From the NCBI RefSeq assembly GCF_964355755.1, contig NC_092671.1:39442304-39506303 (forward strand): a DNA stretch of 64,000 bases, written 5' to 3'. This document shows, in pieces, positions 49,920-63,587 of the stretch (its first letter is position 1; each line of letters starts with the position of its first letter). Source of the stretch: Antedon mediterranea. Taxonomy: Eukaryota > Animalia > Echinodermata. The translations under genes were made by a program, and so were the position numbers. The notes below the pieces were generated by a model. It worked only from the letters and a program-made list of their open reading frames with translations. It made no database searches and had not been told where the DNA came from.

Positions 49920-52900
49920 TTAATCCAAATTTCGACCTTTCTATTTTTCTATATAACTGGTTATGCATAACTTTTCGTATGTTAATGATATATTGACCAG
50001 TTATGTTAAAAATTAAAGGGTCGAAAATTGACTATTCAGATATTTTTTTGAAAAATGTGATAATATTGCTATATATGCATATATTGCGTTATCATCATCT
50101 TATAGAGTGTTTTTACCCAGTTATGTCGAAAAAGAAAAGGGTTGAAATTTGGTTATTTTTGGAAAAAAAATCCCTGTACTATAGTTTAGGGATTTTTTCG
50201 AAAAATGGGCGAAATATCCACTTTTTAAAATTAAATTATAATGCGATAATATTGCTATATATGCGCATATATTCCGTTATCATCATCTTATAGAGTGTGT
50301 TTATACCCAGTTATGTCGAAAAAGAAAAGGGTCGAAATTTGGTCATTTTTGAAAAAAATCTTTGTACTATACTGCCCCGTCATGAAAGAACGACTCAACT
50401 GCATAAAGCAAAGTTTTGAGATAATAAACAAAACGTGTTCTTGTTTTAGCTCTTCACGTGTGTAGATAATATTATTTTGATTAGCATAATAAACATGAGC
50501 AGAGGCGAATAATGGGTTCTGCGCATGTCAATTGTGCTATAGTAACCAGTTTTATCGAAAAATAAAAAGGTCGAAAATTTCCAATTTTTGAAAAATGGCC
50601 GATTTTCAACCCTTTTATTTTTTGACATAAATGGTTACTATTGCATAATAAACATGCGCAGAGACGAATAATGGGTTCTGCGCATGTCAATTGTGCTATA
50701 GTAACTAGTTTTAGCGAAAAATAAAAAGGTCGAAAATTTGCCATTTTTTGAAAAATCCCTGTACAGTACAGGGAAATTTTCGAAAAATGGCCGATTTTCG
50801 ACCCTTTTATTTTTTGACATAAATGGTTACTATTGCATAATAAACATGCGCAGAGTCGACTAATGGGGTCTGCGCATGTTAATTGTGCTATAGTAACCAG
50901 TTTTATCGAAAAATAAAAAGGTCGAAAATTTGCCATTTTTTTAAAAATCCCTGTACTATAGTACAGGGAAATTTTCGAAAAATGGCCGATTTTCGACCCT
51001 TTTATTTTTTGACATAAATGGTTACTATTTCATAATAAACATGCGCAGAGACGAATAATGGGTTCTGCACATGTCAATTGTGCTATCATAACCATATTTG
51101 ACATAAATGGTTACTATAGCATAATAAACATGCGCAGAGTCGAATAATGGGTTCTGCGCATGTCAATTGTGCTATAGTAACTAGTTTTATCGAAAAATAA
51201 AAAGGTCGAAAATTTGCCATTTTTTGAAAAATCCCTGTACTATAGTACAGGGAAATTTTTTAAAAATGGCCGATTTTCAACCCTTTTATTTTTTGACATA
51301 AATGGTTACTATTGCATAATAAACATGCGCAGAGTCGAATAATGGGTTCTGCGCATGTCAATTGTGCTATAGTAACCAGTTTTATCGAAAAATAAAAAGG
51401 TCGAAAATTTGCCATTTTTTTAAAAATCCCTGTACTATAGTACAGGGAAATTTTTGAAAAATGGCTGATTTTCAACCCTTTTATTTTTTGACATAAATGG
51501 TTACTATTGCATAATAAACATGCGCAGAGACGAATAATGGGTTCTGCGCATGTCAATTGTGCTATAGTAACCAGTTTTGACATAAATGGTTACTATAGCA
51601 TAATAAACATGCGCAGAGTCGACTAATGGGTTCTGCGCATGTTAATTGTGCTATAGTAACCAGTCTTATCGAAAAATAAAAAGGTCGAAAATTTGCCATT
51701 TTAAAAAAAAAAATCCCTTTGCTATAGTACAGGGAAATTTTCGAAAAATGGCCGATTTTCGACTCTTTTATTTTTGGACGTAAATGGTTACTATTGCATA
51801 ATAAACATGCGCAGAGTCGAATAATGGGTTCTGCGCATGTCAATTGTGCTATAGTAACCAGTTTTTACATAAATGGTTACTATAGCATAATAAACATGAG
51901 CAGAGGCGAATAATGGGTTCTGCGCATGTCAATTGTGCTATAGTAACCAGTTTTAGCGAAAAATAAAAAGGTCGAAAATTTGCCATTTTTTAAAAAATCC
52001 CTGTACTATAGTGCAGGGAAATTTTCGAAAAATGGCCGATTTTCGACCCTTTTATTTTTGACATAAATGGTTACTATTGCATAATAAACATGCGCAAGGT
52101 CGAATAATGGGTTCTGCGCATGTCAATTGTGCTATCATAACCATATTTGACATAAATGGTTACTATAGCATAATAAACATGCGCAGAGTCGAATAATGGG
52201 TTCTGCGCATGTCAATTGTGCTATAGTAACCAGTTTTATCGAAAAATAAAAAGGTCGAAAATTTGCCATTTTTTGAAAAATCCCTGTACTATAGTACAGG
52301 GAAATTTTTGAAAAATGGCCGATTTTCAACCCTTTTATTTTTTGACATAAATGGTTACTATTGCATAATAAACATGAGCAGAGGCAAATAATGGGTTCTG
52401 CGCATGTCAATTGTACTATAGTAACCAATTTTGACATAAATGGTTACTATGGCATAATAAACATGAGCAGAGTCGACTAATGGGTTCTGCGCATGTTAAT
52501 TGTGCTATAGTAACCAGTTTTATTGAAAATTGTTTTTCATGTTTCTTGTATTTTTACTTTAGTTTTAAGTATTAATTTAAGAGGGAGAATATTCAATAAT
52601 AATATCATTACAGTGTGTAAGTAAGTAAGTAAGTGTAGTCTCTCTCCGGGGTATTTAATTCTAAATATTCCAGAAATAAAATTAATACTCTAATAATAAC
52701 TAAACAAGTTTAAGTGAGTATTGAATAAATGACAATTATTCGTAGGGCAGTACCAAATTATTCATTTGAGTGAGTCTTTCATGGCATTTGTAGTTGAGTT
52801 AGTCTTTGGTGACAATAGTAACACACTTGTAATTGAGTGGTATTTTGATTTTTAAATTTCATATTTCTAGTTAAAATTTTGAATATCTGAATATACCACA

Positions 52901-53400
52901 AGGTGTATCATTCCCTAAATAGCCCAAAAAGCTAAAAAAGTGATTTTTGAAAAATGGGCAAAATATTCACTTTGTAAAATTCAATTATAATGCGATAATA
53001 TTGCTATATATGTGCATATATTGCGTTATGATCATCTTATAGAGTGTTTGTACCCAGTTATGTCGAACAAAAAAAGGGTTGAAATTTGGTCATTTTTGGA
53101 AAAAAATCCCTATACTTATACAGTAGTTCAGGGATTTTTTAAAAAATGGGCAAAATATTCACTTTCTAAAATTCAATTAGCATGTGATAATATTGCTATA
53201 TATATGCATATATTGCGTTATCATCATCTTATAGAGTGTTTGTACACAGTTATGTCGAAAAAGAAAAGGGTTCTTTTTAAATGGCAAAATTTCGACCTTT
53301 CTATTTTTTTACGTAACTGGCTACTAGTACTACTGCAGATGCACATAATATTCCTCAATCTCAATATATATATTGAAAAAATCCCTGTACTAGTGCGTAT
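49920..53400. repeat. Palindrome-based satellite complex: core array 50480-52530 (195-bp and 89-bp monomers) flanked by a related diverged subfamily
   Basis: Anchor aataaacatg recurs at spacings 159,192,195,89,195,195,89,198,89,194,89,195,89. The flanks 49920-50370 and 52940-53400 share aaaagggtcgaaattt...aaaaatccctgtacta. Confidence 0.9.
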
Positions 53401-53571
53401 TAAGGCAAACCATTTTTTTCCTCAATAAAATATGTTGAAAAGGAAAGAAATGTCATGGTGGTAACACAGTAGCAAACCTATAATGTACACAAAACAAACA
53501 GACAAGTTAATATTTTGGGCAAAAACGATTTTTAAAAACGACAATATATGTAGTTTATAAATCATGTGCAC

Positions 53572-53577
53572 TTTATT
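53572..53577 (-). terminator. Candidate DLGAP polyadenylation signal (would imply a ~3.5-kb 3' UTR)
   Basis: AATAAA on the minus strand with GT-rich sequence downstream (ttgtctgtttgttttgtgt). Confidence 0.35.
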
Positions 53578-55050
53578 TCAATTCTTGTAGCAGACCAAGC
53601 CCCAAGAAAACAACAGAAGGTAATAACCAACATTAGAAGAAAAACAAGTGCTTAAAAGAAAAACCAAAAGAAATTCTTAAATACAATAGCTAATAACTAT
53701 TAACGTAAAAGAAAAATATTAATTTTAGTATGTACAGATGATTTGGCTGACATCAAAAACTACTATGAAAAAAAAGAGAAAGAAAGTTGTAGAGACATCT
53801 TTGTTCTACTTCTAGTCTCCTAAGTACACACACAAAAAATCTATAACTACATTTCTTATAGTGAGTGACTGCCACAATCAGTTTAATTAAGTTTTGTAAG
53901 GAAATTCTATCCCCCTCCACTTTCTAAATAATTTTCAACTAATGAAAAACTACCTTGATATCTTTACAAAATATTAAAGCAGCTAAAAGAAGGCAAGTTA
54001 TAAATATGGCAGTTTATGCAATTTACAACCAACGACTTCAGCAAGAACATTTATAGGTCGCATTCCCAAAATATATGCTAGTTTGGATTCAGAGTAGTTT
54101 AACACAGTCATGTCTTATATTTAACAAGAAATATTAAATAACTGGGCTTTAAATACAATAATGTAAAGGAAAACGTACCGTTATGATGACAAAGTAAAAT
54201 GCATCCATACTAATATTTTAAATCATTAAGATGAATGTTTTGAAGTATAACAGTTAACTATTCCAAACCATACTCTCTGAAAACAGCAAAATCTCTTAGA
54301 ATCTCAAGAGAGACTTAATACTTGCCTAATGTTTCAAATAACACAATAGTATTCAGTTTTGAGAGAGTTGATTAAATGACAAAGGAAAAAAAAACAGAAC
54401 TAATATTTGTTATTTTTTACCTAAACTCCAACAGGCTATTATTCATTACACTTTTGCCATATGAAAATAAATGCTTAATGTTTTAATTTATTATTAAATT
54501 TACCAAAGCAAAGCAAGAACGTCTGCTTACCAAAATTTGTAAATGGTTATAGAAGCCGCTCCTCTTATCCCTCCTCATCTTTACAACACCCCCCCCCCCC
54601 ATTATGTTGAAATAAGTTGAATGTTTCACCAGAATGGAGTAAAGCGGTCAAGATTTGTATAAATCGTATTATCCCGAAGATGGCAAACTTAAATACCTCA
54701 TCCCGTAGTTTGTATATTAACTTGTGACACTATGAAGATTGCGAATTTGTGAGAGGAACTATGAAAGTTAAGATTACAGCATCTACAGGGAGACTGGTTA
54801 ATAAACTACTTTAGTTCTGTACCATGAGCATCCTTACGTCTTTACATTCAACGTGCAAGAAATAGCAAACGTCGCACTAATCAACCAATTAATTACTCAA
54901 CTGATTTAATTATTTAATTCATTGCTATAAATAACATGATTTCACTATGTGCATTCATAACATGTTTTTTTCCCACAACCCAGTATTTTTATCTGTCCTA
55001 TAACCGCAAATGAACACGATGCAACAGCAACTTGCTAGTCAGTTGACTAA

Positions 55051-55159
55051 AGCTCTGTCTACACTATCAAATTAGTTTGACAAAAAAAAGTGCATCATGT
55101 CCATATATAGGCACATCACATTTTTTTGCCCCATAAAGTTTGATAGTGTAGACAGAGCT
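55051..55159. mobile_element. MITE family A, internally deleted copy
   Basis: Intact TIRs with a TAA TSD on both sides. Confidence 0.85.
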
Positions 55160-56198
55160 TAACATTTGAAGATTACACTGTTGCTAGCATCTGTTTTCAG
55201 CATGGTACAATATAAACCAACCCTTTAATTTCAGAAGACATTCTTATTTATTTGTATTTTCCACCAGAATTGTATGATAAAATTATGTAATTTGTATATA
55301 TTCCAAGTACCTATTACTTTAAATCATCAGACAAACAACTTTAGCAATACAATAACATCAAATAAAATGTCCATCTAACCCTTAAACGTAAAAGCTAAAT
55401 TTCAGCTTTACCAATGATGAATGTAGTGTTAAATAAATAACCATATATACACTTAATATACATACATATGTGAGCTGTTTTATTTATAACATTGAACATT
55501 CTTAATGCTTTACATATCAACTATCTACATTATTGGACATACTACATAACACAATTACTTTACTGTTTTTTCTGTTGATTGCAGATAAATTTTATCCAAC
55601 CAAGTTGACAATACATACTCCATTAGTTACTGAGGATGTTTCCACGGATACTGTAAGCAGGCAAATCAAAGTATGGTATTTAGTCAGTGCTTATTTGATT
55701 AAGAATGCACCGTTATGCACTATATCTTTTTATAAGCTTCAAACAGCATTCAACAAGGAAAAATTAACTTGTTTACAATATCCCAAAAAACCATTGGAAA
55801 ATGTACTGTAGCTCAACTTTGGACAGAACTTATTTTTTAAATTGTTTCCACTTCCTAACACCTTGCTACTACTATCAGATATTACTGCATATTTTGCAAC
55901 TTAGTACCTTAATTTTCAGATACAAAAACTTGTAAAAATGACTTTTTTGTACAAAAAGTACTGGAAGACATTTTTAATAATCACCTGTTTATTATAGCTT
56001 GTTAAAAATATTATAAAGATGTATTTTTCTCTATAAAAATGAATGAAAATAACGCTTAAATACATAACTTGCAGGTTCCTTTGCGATATCATGTAATGTT
56101 GATGTAGTACCTAGCTGGTTGTTAACCTGATGTGTACACATTAAGAATGAACTGTACATTCTGTGCTGCTTGATCAGCAGGGTAAATCGCCAGTACAT

Positions 56199-56700
56199 CC
56201 TTAATGTCCATTCACACTGTACACATTCTTAATGATGCTTATTCAGTAGATCCTGATTTCTTAATGTCCATTCACATTGTACACATGCTCAATGATGCTT
56301 GTTCAGTAGATCTTGATTTCTTAATGTCCATTCACATTGTACACATTCTTAATGATGCTTGTTCAGTAGATCCTGATTTCTTAATGTCCATTCACATTGT
56401 ACACATGCTCAATGATGCTTGTTCAGTAGATCTTGATTTCTTAATGTCCATTCACATTGTACACATTCTTAATGATGCTTGTTCAGTAGATCCTGATTTC
56501 TTAATGTCCATTCACATTGTACACATGCTCAATGATGCTTGTTCAGTAGATCATGATTTCTTAATGTCCATTCACATTGTACACATTCTTAATGATGCTT
56601 GTTCAGTAGATCCTGATTTCTTAATGTCCATTCACATTGTACACCTGCTCAATGATGCTTGTTCAGTAGATCTTCATTTCTCAATATCCATTCACATTGT
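56199..56700. repeat. 60-bp minisatellite, ~8 units, organised as a 120-bp dimer
   Basis: Units alternate between attcttaat...cctgat and atgctcaat...cttgat variants. Confidence 0.95.
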
Positions 56701-57130
56701 AGTACACAATTTCAATGGTTCAATCATTCTGATTTCCAATTTTGAATGTTCCTGGATTTATCCTATGCAAAATTCACGCCAATTTCATGCCAACCCTTTA
56801 ACAAGACAAAGAGAGCAGCATATACCGCGATGCCAGTATTTGAGAAACTTTTCTTTTTTGCAAAACATGCATGTGCTTCATAATGTACTTTATAAAGTAT
56901 TTGTTGAAAGCCAACACATCTTTAATGTTTATCCTACTACTGTAGCTGCATACTTTTAAATCATTCATGTTTCTATTTAGTGGAGCCGGCTAAAATCAGG
57001 AATATTATACATGTGTTGTATGACTGAAGATTTTGAGAGATTCAAACAATATGTTCCGTCATCTCCACTATGTACATAAGCTAACAACAGCATTTTAAGC
57101 ACATCTGCTAAACACATACAATGAAACCGT

Positions 57131-60100
57131 TTACTTTTTCTTTTCTGGAGTAAAGATTTCGACAACTGTGTGGTGTTCCGCGGCGACGGCAGCAAGGGCG
57201 TTCCTCTTTGCTGCGGCACGTTTCGCTGCTATCAACTTGCGTCTTGCTTCCTCTCTCGCCTTCCTTGCTTGTTCCATCTTACTGTTGTGTTGAGTCTTAT
57301 TGGCATCACTACCTTTGGACACCTTTGCTTTGACCTATTAGAATGTCAACAAATATAATTTGTTATTTCATATAGTAATATTGGTTACTTTAAAAATGTG
57401 TAACCATATGCAATATAATATAATACTCCTATTTAGTCTTAATTTTTGTGAATAAAAAAAATATTAATGAAAATGAATAATTTAAATAAGAATGAAAGGA
57501 AACCTGATCCAGGGCTCAGCATTCTATTATCAGAGGTTCTATTCATTAACACAAGGCCGTAGCGAGAGGTTAAAAACAGACAAGACAAAGATGCTTTAAA
57601 TATAATTATCAATATCAAATATGAGGATCTCTGCTGGGGAATTGGGGTGGGTGGTGAAAATTTCAGACAAGGCGAGTGTCTTGTCTCTCTCATGCTGGCC
57701 TAGTTAACATATTCATACAAATGTAGTTTTAAGCCTACACAGTACTTCATCCAATGACCATGACTTGTTGTTATTAAAGAAGCTTGTGAATATGTAAATT
57801 TATACAATATAATTAATGGCGAATTAGTGTAGGCTTAATCTTGATTGAAAATGAATGAATAACATGACTTAGAAAGGATGAATAGGCCGGCAACTGATAA
57901 GAGGAAAATGGCAATTGAAGGAAGTAATTGAAGCCTTCTGGTTTATCTTTGTGCAGAATAAGGAAGATGTCTGTAGTAAATGTATTTAAAATAATTATGT
58001 ACTGTACCTTCTTGTGGGCGATAACTTTAGGTTGTTGCACAACCCAACCATTTTTCTCTATGCTGTCAACCTCTTGGAACATCTTTTCAACATCATCCAC
58101 TTGTAGCATGACCATCTCCCAAAATCCTACCAAGTCCATTGGCATGGTCTTGTATGGTTCATCATCGCTTTGGTTCTATAAAAGATAAAATGTTTAAAAA
58201 AGGGTTAAAACAGTAACTTTATTTTAATAAAATAGACAAATATGGAAGAAGACAATAAACCATCATAGAGTGTGTTCACACTGGTAAACAACAAACCAAT
58301 CTACAAAATGCAACAAATGTTGAATACAATACAGAGTAGAAAATGTTTACATACAGCAACCAACACAGTACAGTAATATAATCTGAATATATTAAATAAT
58401 GAAATTTGAATTAATTTGCAACAATACAACAGTATATAATTATTATTGACCGTATTGAAAAATGCTCTGCATGATATTAGCAATACAATTATTTATGATT
58501 ACTCATATATGGATTTCATACAATTGTTAGCCTGTAGTGTTGAAAAAAAATTAAAAGGCGTTTATTCTTTATTTTGTGACTCATTAAGTACTTGTGTCAA
58601 ATAAAGCCTGAAGATTCATAGGACTTTAATGATATTAATTTAATAATTTATAAAAAATTAGAAGAAATGGAAAGAGGTTGGAATATATTTGGCATAACAT
58701 CATAGTCGTTTTCTTTATAGAATTAAGGCATATTGGCATTTTATCAGTAAAGCACAAAATACGTAGCCAACATTTAGATAATATTTTTCATTTTTAACCT
58801 ATTTTGCAATATTTATTTTCAGATACAGATTGGCTATTGTTGCTTTTCTACTACAAATAATTGGATAATCTATGTACGTTGTAAGCTGCTCATCAAATTA
58901 GGCTTGCTTAGGCCACTTCCCGTCAAGGGTATTGTTCCTGTGAAGAATCCACAAGGAAGCTTCCTGTACGTGTTTGTCCAAGTGCCAAGTGGCATGATTC
59001 CCCGGGTGCTGGTCAACCCGTACCCAAACCAACCCGTACCCATGCCAACTCGTACCCAACTTGGCTAACCCGTACCCAAATAATTGGTCAACTCGTACCC
59101 ACTTTGGCTAACCCGTACCCAAACCAACCCGTACCCATGCCAACTCGTACCTAAATATTTGGCTTACTCGTACCCAAGTATTTGGCTTACTCGTACCCAT
59201 TTTTTGGCTTACCCGTACCCATTTTTGGCTTACTCGTACCCATTATTTGGCCTACTCGTACCCAATTTGAATAATTACTTGTAATGATTTGATCGGCGTA
59301 AAACTAGTGGTATGCTTTTGCCGTATGAATATTTTTATATTTAAATTGTTTTTTTATTTTACATACAGGTCTCGGTGAAATGTGTGCTAATAAAAATGAC
59401 CATTGATTTGATTGTAGACTTCGTTTAATTAGGCATATATTTGTTAACATTTATTTAAATCTAGTATTATAGTTTTATAAACGTATGTTTATTTTATTTT
59501 ATTTATTTTATTTTCAATCTTTCTACATAGCAAAAAAACAAACATATAAGTATAACAGGAGAGTAGCGGAAAAGCAAAAGTGTAAAACTGTCATCTTGTG
59601 ATGTGCTTGACCAGCCCCTGTCAACTTGAACGATACAATAAAACCGACATTTAACAAATTTAGAAAAATACATAGAAAAATAAGGTATAATAAAATGTTA
59701 ACAAAAGTGTTATAAAAATGCAATTGCTATCTGAACAATCTGATTGTGTAAAAGTTAAAAATTCTGATTGTATAAAAGTTAAAAATTCTGATTGAATAAA
59801 AGTTAAAAATTATGAATGTATAAAAGTTAAAAATTCTGATTGTATAAAAGTTAAATTCTGATTGTATAAAAGTTAAAAATTCTGATTGTATAAAAGTTAA
59901 AAATTCTGATTGTGTGTCTTTTTTATTTACGTAAGAGAACATTAATTAATAAAAAAATATTTTAACAACACCCTGTTTTAAGCGAAAAGCCTGCCGGGCT
60001 ATGGGGTCGAATTACTCGTAGATTTCGTGTTACGTGTTTTTTCTGACCGGGATTAACCTTTTATTATAAAAAACACGCATTTATAGGGCCGGCGTCAAAG

Positions 60101-63100
60101 AGACGACTTAGTAATGACGTATGATCATTTTCCATATATTTTATTTATTAATAATTCAGTGAAATGATCATATACACGTACTGTCGTACTGTAGCCTAAG
60201 GCAATTAAACATTTTGGCAGATTTTCTTCTATAACAGCTACATGTTTTTGCTGAATGGGGATTCCTCTTTATTATTAAAAAAAAAAACGCATTTGTACGG
60301 GTCCATTTGTAGTGTGTCCAAAAGGTTCAATGTGGCGTATGATCGTTTTCTATTTATTTTTTTTCTTAAATAATTCAGTAAAATTATCTGTTTGTTTACG
60401 GTAATTAAACATTTTTGGTAGATATTTCCTCAATAACTTACAGCTACGTGTTTTTGCTGACGAGGGATTCCCTTTTTTAAAAAAAAATACGCATTCTATA
60501 ATGTGTCAAATAAGACAAATGAAATGAACTACGATCGTTTTTCCATGGCAACGGATGTCGTCTTATTTACTAAAATAATATAAACGTTCTGAAGGCCTAC
60601 CTACACGTGTCTGAGTTCTTACGTATCTGTCAGCGATAAGATGATTTTTTTAAGTTTTAGTAGTATTTATTTCGGTTTTTAGTCATAATAATACAGTAAT
60701 AATCATTATAAAATGAAAAGGTAATAACAGCAAATGTCGTCGTTTGTAATTAAATGTTAAATTATTGGAGGTTAGTACAGTAGTTACCTTTTATTATTAC
60801 TCTCACATCCGTCATTGTATACTAGATAAACGGCAATAATCTAATCTACTACTAAATGCTCATAGCAGCAATGAGGCTGGTATCCACTTAAATAGTTTCG
60901 TGATTTTAAAATACGAGTGACTATTTAAAAATGTATTAAATATTTTCGAAATGTTAAAACAGTTTAATATTTTCCAAAACTTGCAAAACAAAACAACAAA
61001 AACCATTCGTTTTAAAACGATTTTCAAAAAGCACATTACTTCATTATCTGTAAAATAAAATGAAAATACAAATTATGTATAAAAGATATTTATGTTTACT
61101 TTTAATAATTCAAGTTTTCATCATCACAGACTAGTGGGTATTTCAATTTCCGTGTACTACTATTCGTAGAAAATAATAGATTAATAACTCATAAATGAAA
61201 AAAAAATAGAATGCAGCACAGCCGACCACTGACATCTTCCACAGAGCCATATAAAACAGCGCCCTCAAGTATTAACTTTACCAAATACGACGTACGCAAA
61301 TACGATGAAAGCTGTGCTTTTTACGTACGAGTCTGTACATATTATTATACATTTTAGGTCAATAGTTTTTGCCATTATAATATCGAACATATGATTGGTA
61401 TCTAAAAATTTAATAAAACTGGGTTTAAATGTAATATAAATATACTTTAAATAGCATTAAACTTGGGTACGGGCCAGCCAATGATGGGTACGGGTCAGCC
61501 AATGATGGGTACGGGTCAGCCAAAATTTTGGGTACGAGTAAGCCAAAATTTGGGTACGAGTTGGTGGGTACGAGTTGGCATGGGTACGGGTTGACCTGTA
61601 TTCTGATTCCCCAAATACCCTTAAAAGGATTCCTCACAAGTTTGTATTATCTACTGTACCTACATAAATGTAAATGTCACAATAACATTTGTACTATATC
61701 AAGGAATGTAGCAATGTTGCAAACAAAAATATGATTATATAATATTTAAAACAAATAAAAATAAGTGAATCTGACACAATATACTGTAGTTCTCCATACT
61801 TTTGCACTATTTGTACAGTATATGAAAAACGTATACATGGGGAGGGGGTTGGAGGCTGTAGGGTTGGGGGAGGGGGTTGGAGGCTATAGGGAAGGGGGAT
61901 GGCTTCCGATGCTATATGTTGATGTTTACTAACCAGCACAGTGTTTATTTTGGTAGATTTACAGTACATGTACAGTAATCTAATACAAAATTGACATTTT
62001 AATTAACAAATATCTATGGGAATTTACTGTATAAATAAGACAAAAATGCAAAAAACTTGCATTGTGTAAATTAAGACGTGGAAGCTAGTCAAGTGGGTTA
62101 ATGCCAAAGGTTAATCGTACAGTAGTAGTAGGGTGGATTTATTATAATTGCAAAATAAGGCAATTTGTATGACAATGAGATCAATTATGCAAGGCTGCTG
62201 TTTGTCATAAGATAAGATACATTTATAAAGAAGACGGAGAAAGATGTATTGAAAATGATTTAACGATAATTATCCTAATTTATAAATTAAAGAATTGTTT
62301 AAATATTATAAACAATAATAGATATGATTATTAGATTTTAAGTTTACATTTATAATCACATGATAAACATGTAGAAATATAAACAATTTTTTTATAAATC
62401 CACTGCTTCAGAAATAAATAAATAGTGTATATTTCTGAATATACACTATTTATAAATTCCACTGCTTCAAGAATTAAAATTGAAAGGGTTGTACTGTGCA
62501 TAGTAAACATAATGACATTCTCCAGTTCAACATTAATCAACTTTGATTCAAATATCAAACCCATGAGGGCAGCATAACCTGATTAGCACGACATGGATAA
62601 GCAATGACATCACTTTATCATTGCTAGAGGCGGATCCAGGATTTTGAAATAGAGGGGGGTGGGGGCAGGGTTTTAAATTAGTGAAATGAACGGCTGAGCT
62701 TAATTTGATGTCTTATCTTTTGCATTACAATTTGTGAAATTTAGAACGCCCCCCTTGAAGATTCAAGAAAGTCTAATTGTTGAAGACGTAAACAAATGAT
62801 ATATATACCGTAAACAAAACACCAGGATAGGCAGAGGCACAATATTTACAGTATCTTAAGAATAGACATAATATACTGTAGAATAATTTAAAATACAGTA
62901 AATGGTAGCCATTCAGAACTATCTGGTAGTACTCCTGGGTATACAAGTAAAAGTTGACAATGTGCCTGTGTCCTATTAAACAAATAAAGCATTGGCACTA
63001 TTTAAACCACTGTGTCAACTTCATATTCCCCACAGTGAGAGGACGAATGAATTGTGAATTTACTTAAATAAATAAAATAATATACTTACAATATTCTTTT

Positions 63101-63181
63101 CACACAACCCTCTGAATTGTTTGAACTTCTTGTTTGTTAAGAGACTTGCCTTGCCTATGGCCGATCGAATTATACCACAAA
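57131..63181 (-). CDS. DLGAP: DLGAP/SAPAP (GKAP family) scaffold protein, last three coding exons; the gene continues beyond the window
   Basis: Exons 63181-63090 (CGIIRSAIGKASLLTNKKFKQFRGLCEKNI), 58175-58008 (DLVGFWEMVMLQVDDVEKMFQEVDSIEKNGW) and 57334-57131 (REEARRKLIAAKRAA...VEIFTPE) join in frame and match the GKAP homology (GH1) domain and C-terminal motif. Confidence 0.88.
59004..61603. mobile_element. Mutator/Foldback-like non-autonomous element (2.6 kb) with repetitive subterminal arms
   Basis: Perfect 9-bp TSD tgattcccc (58995-59003 and 61604-61612), G...C ends, inverted arrays of ac(c/t)cgtaccc at 59015-59263 and 61464-61596, and an internal 24-bp repeat at 59740-59910. Confidence 0.85.
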
Positions 63182-63425
63182 CTGAAAATAATAAATTGGT
63201 CAACTAAATCCACTACTATAAATGAATACATTAGTTAGTTCTGAATACAGTATGCCTAACCTTTGCCAAAACATGAAGTCAGCATTGAAAATACCGTAGA
63301 TTAAAAATAATACAGTTTATGATACATTATGATTTATTTTAAACCAGATTATCGTAAATTTAAAATATCTACACACAAGTATAAATATTTAATACAAATT
63401 ATGACTACTACAGTAAACTGGCCTA

Positions 63426-63587
63426 GCTCTGTCTACACTATCAAACTTTATGTGACAACAAAATGTGATGTGTCCATATATGGACATGATGATGTCATAT
63501 CACAACAACCATATTTGGGAATATCACCACCATATTTTGGCAAATCACACTTTCTTTTTATCAAACTAGTTTGCTGTAGAAAGAGCT
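63426..63587. mobile_element. MITE family A copy; another begins at ~63943 and runs off the window
   Basis: agctctgtctacactatcaaactttatgtgac...aaactagtttg...agagct. Confidence 0.85.

Noticed and set aside
50446-53428. Repeated Cys-rich ORFs (CAEPIIRLCACLLCNSNHLC)
   Set aside because: These are translations of the palindromic satellite; monomer indels break the frame repeatedly.
56204-56959. 251-aa His/Cys/Asp repeat ORF as a novel metal-binding protein
   Set aside because: It arises from a stop-free 60-bp repeat antisense to the DLGAP 3' region, with no promoter or splice support.
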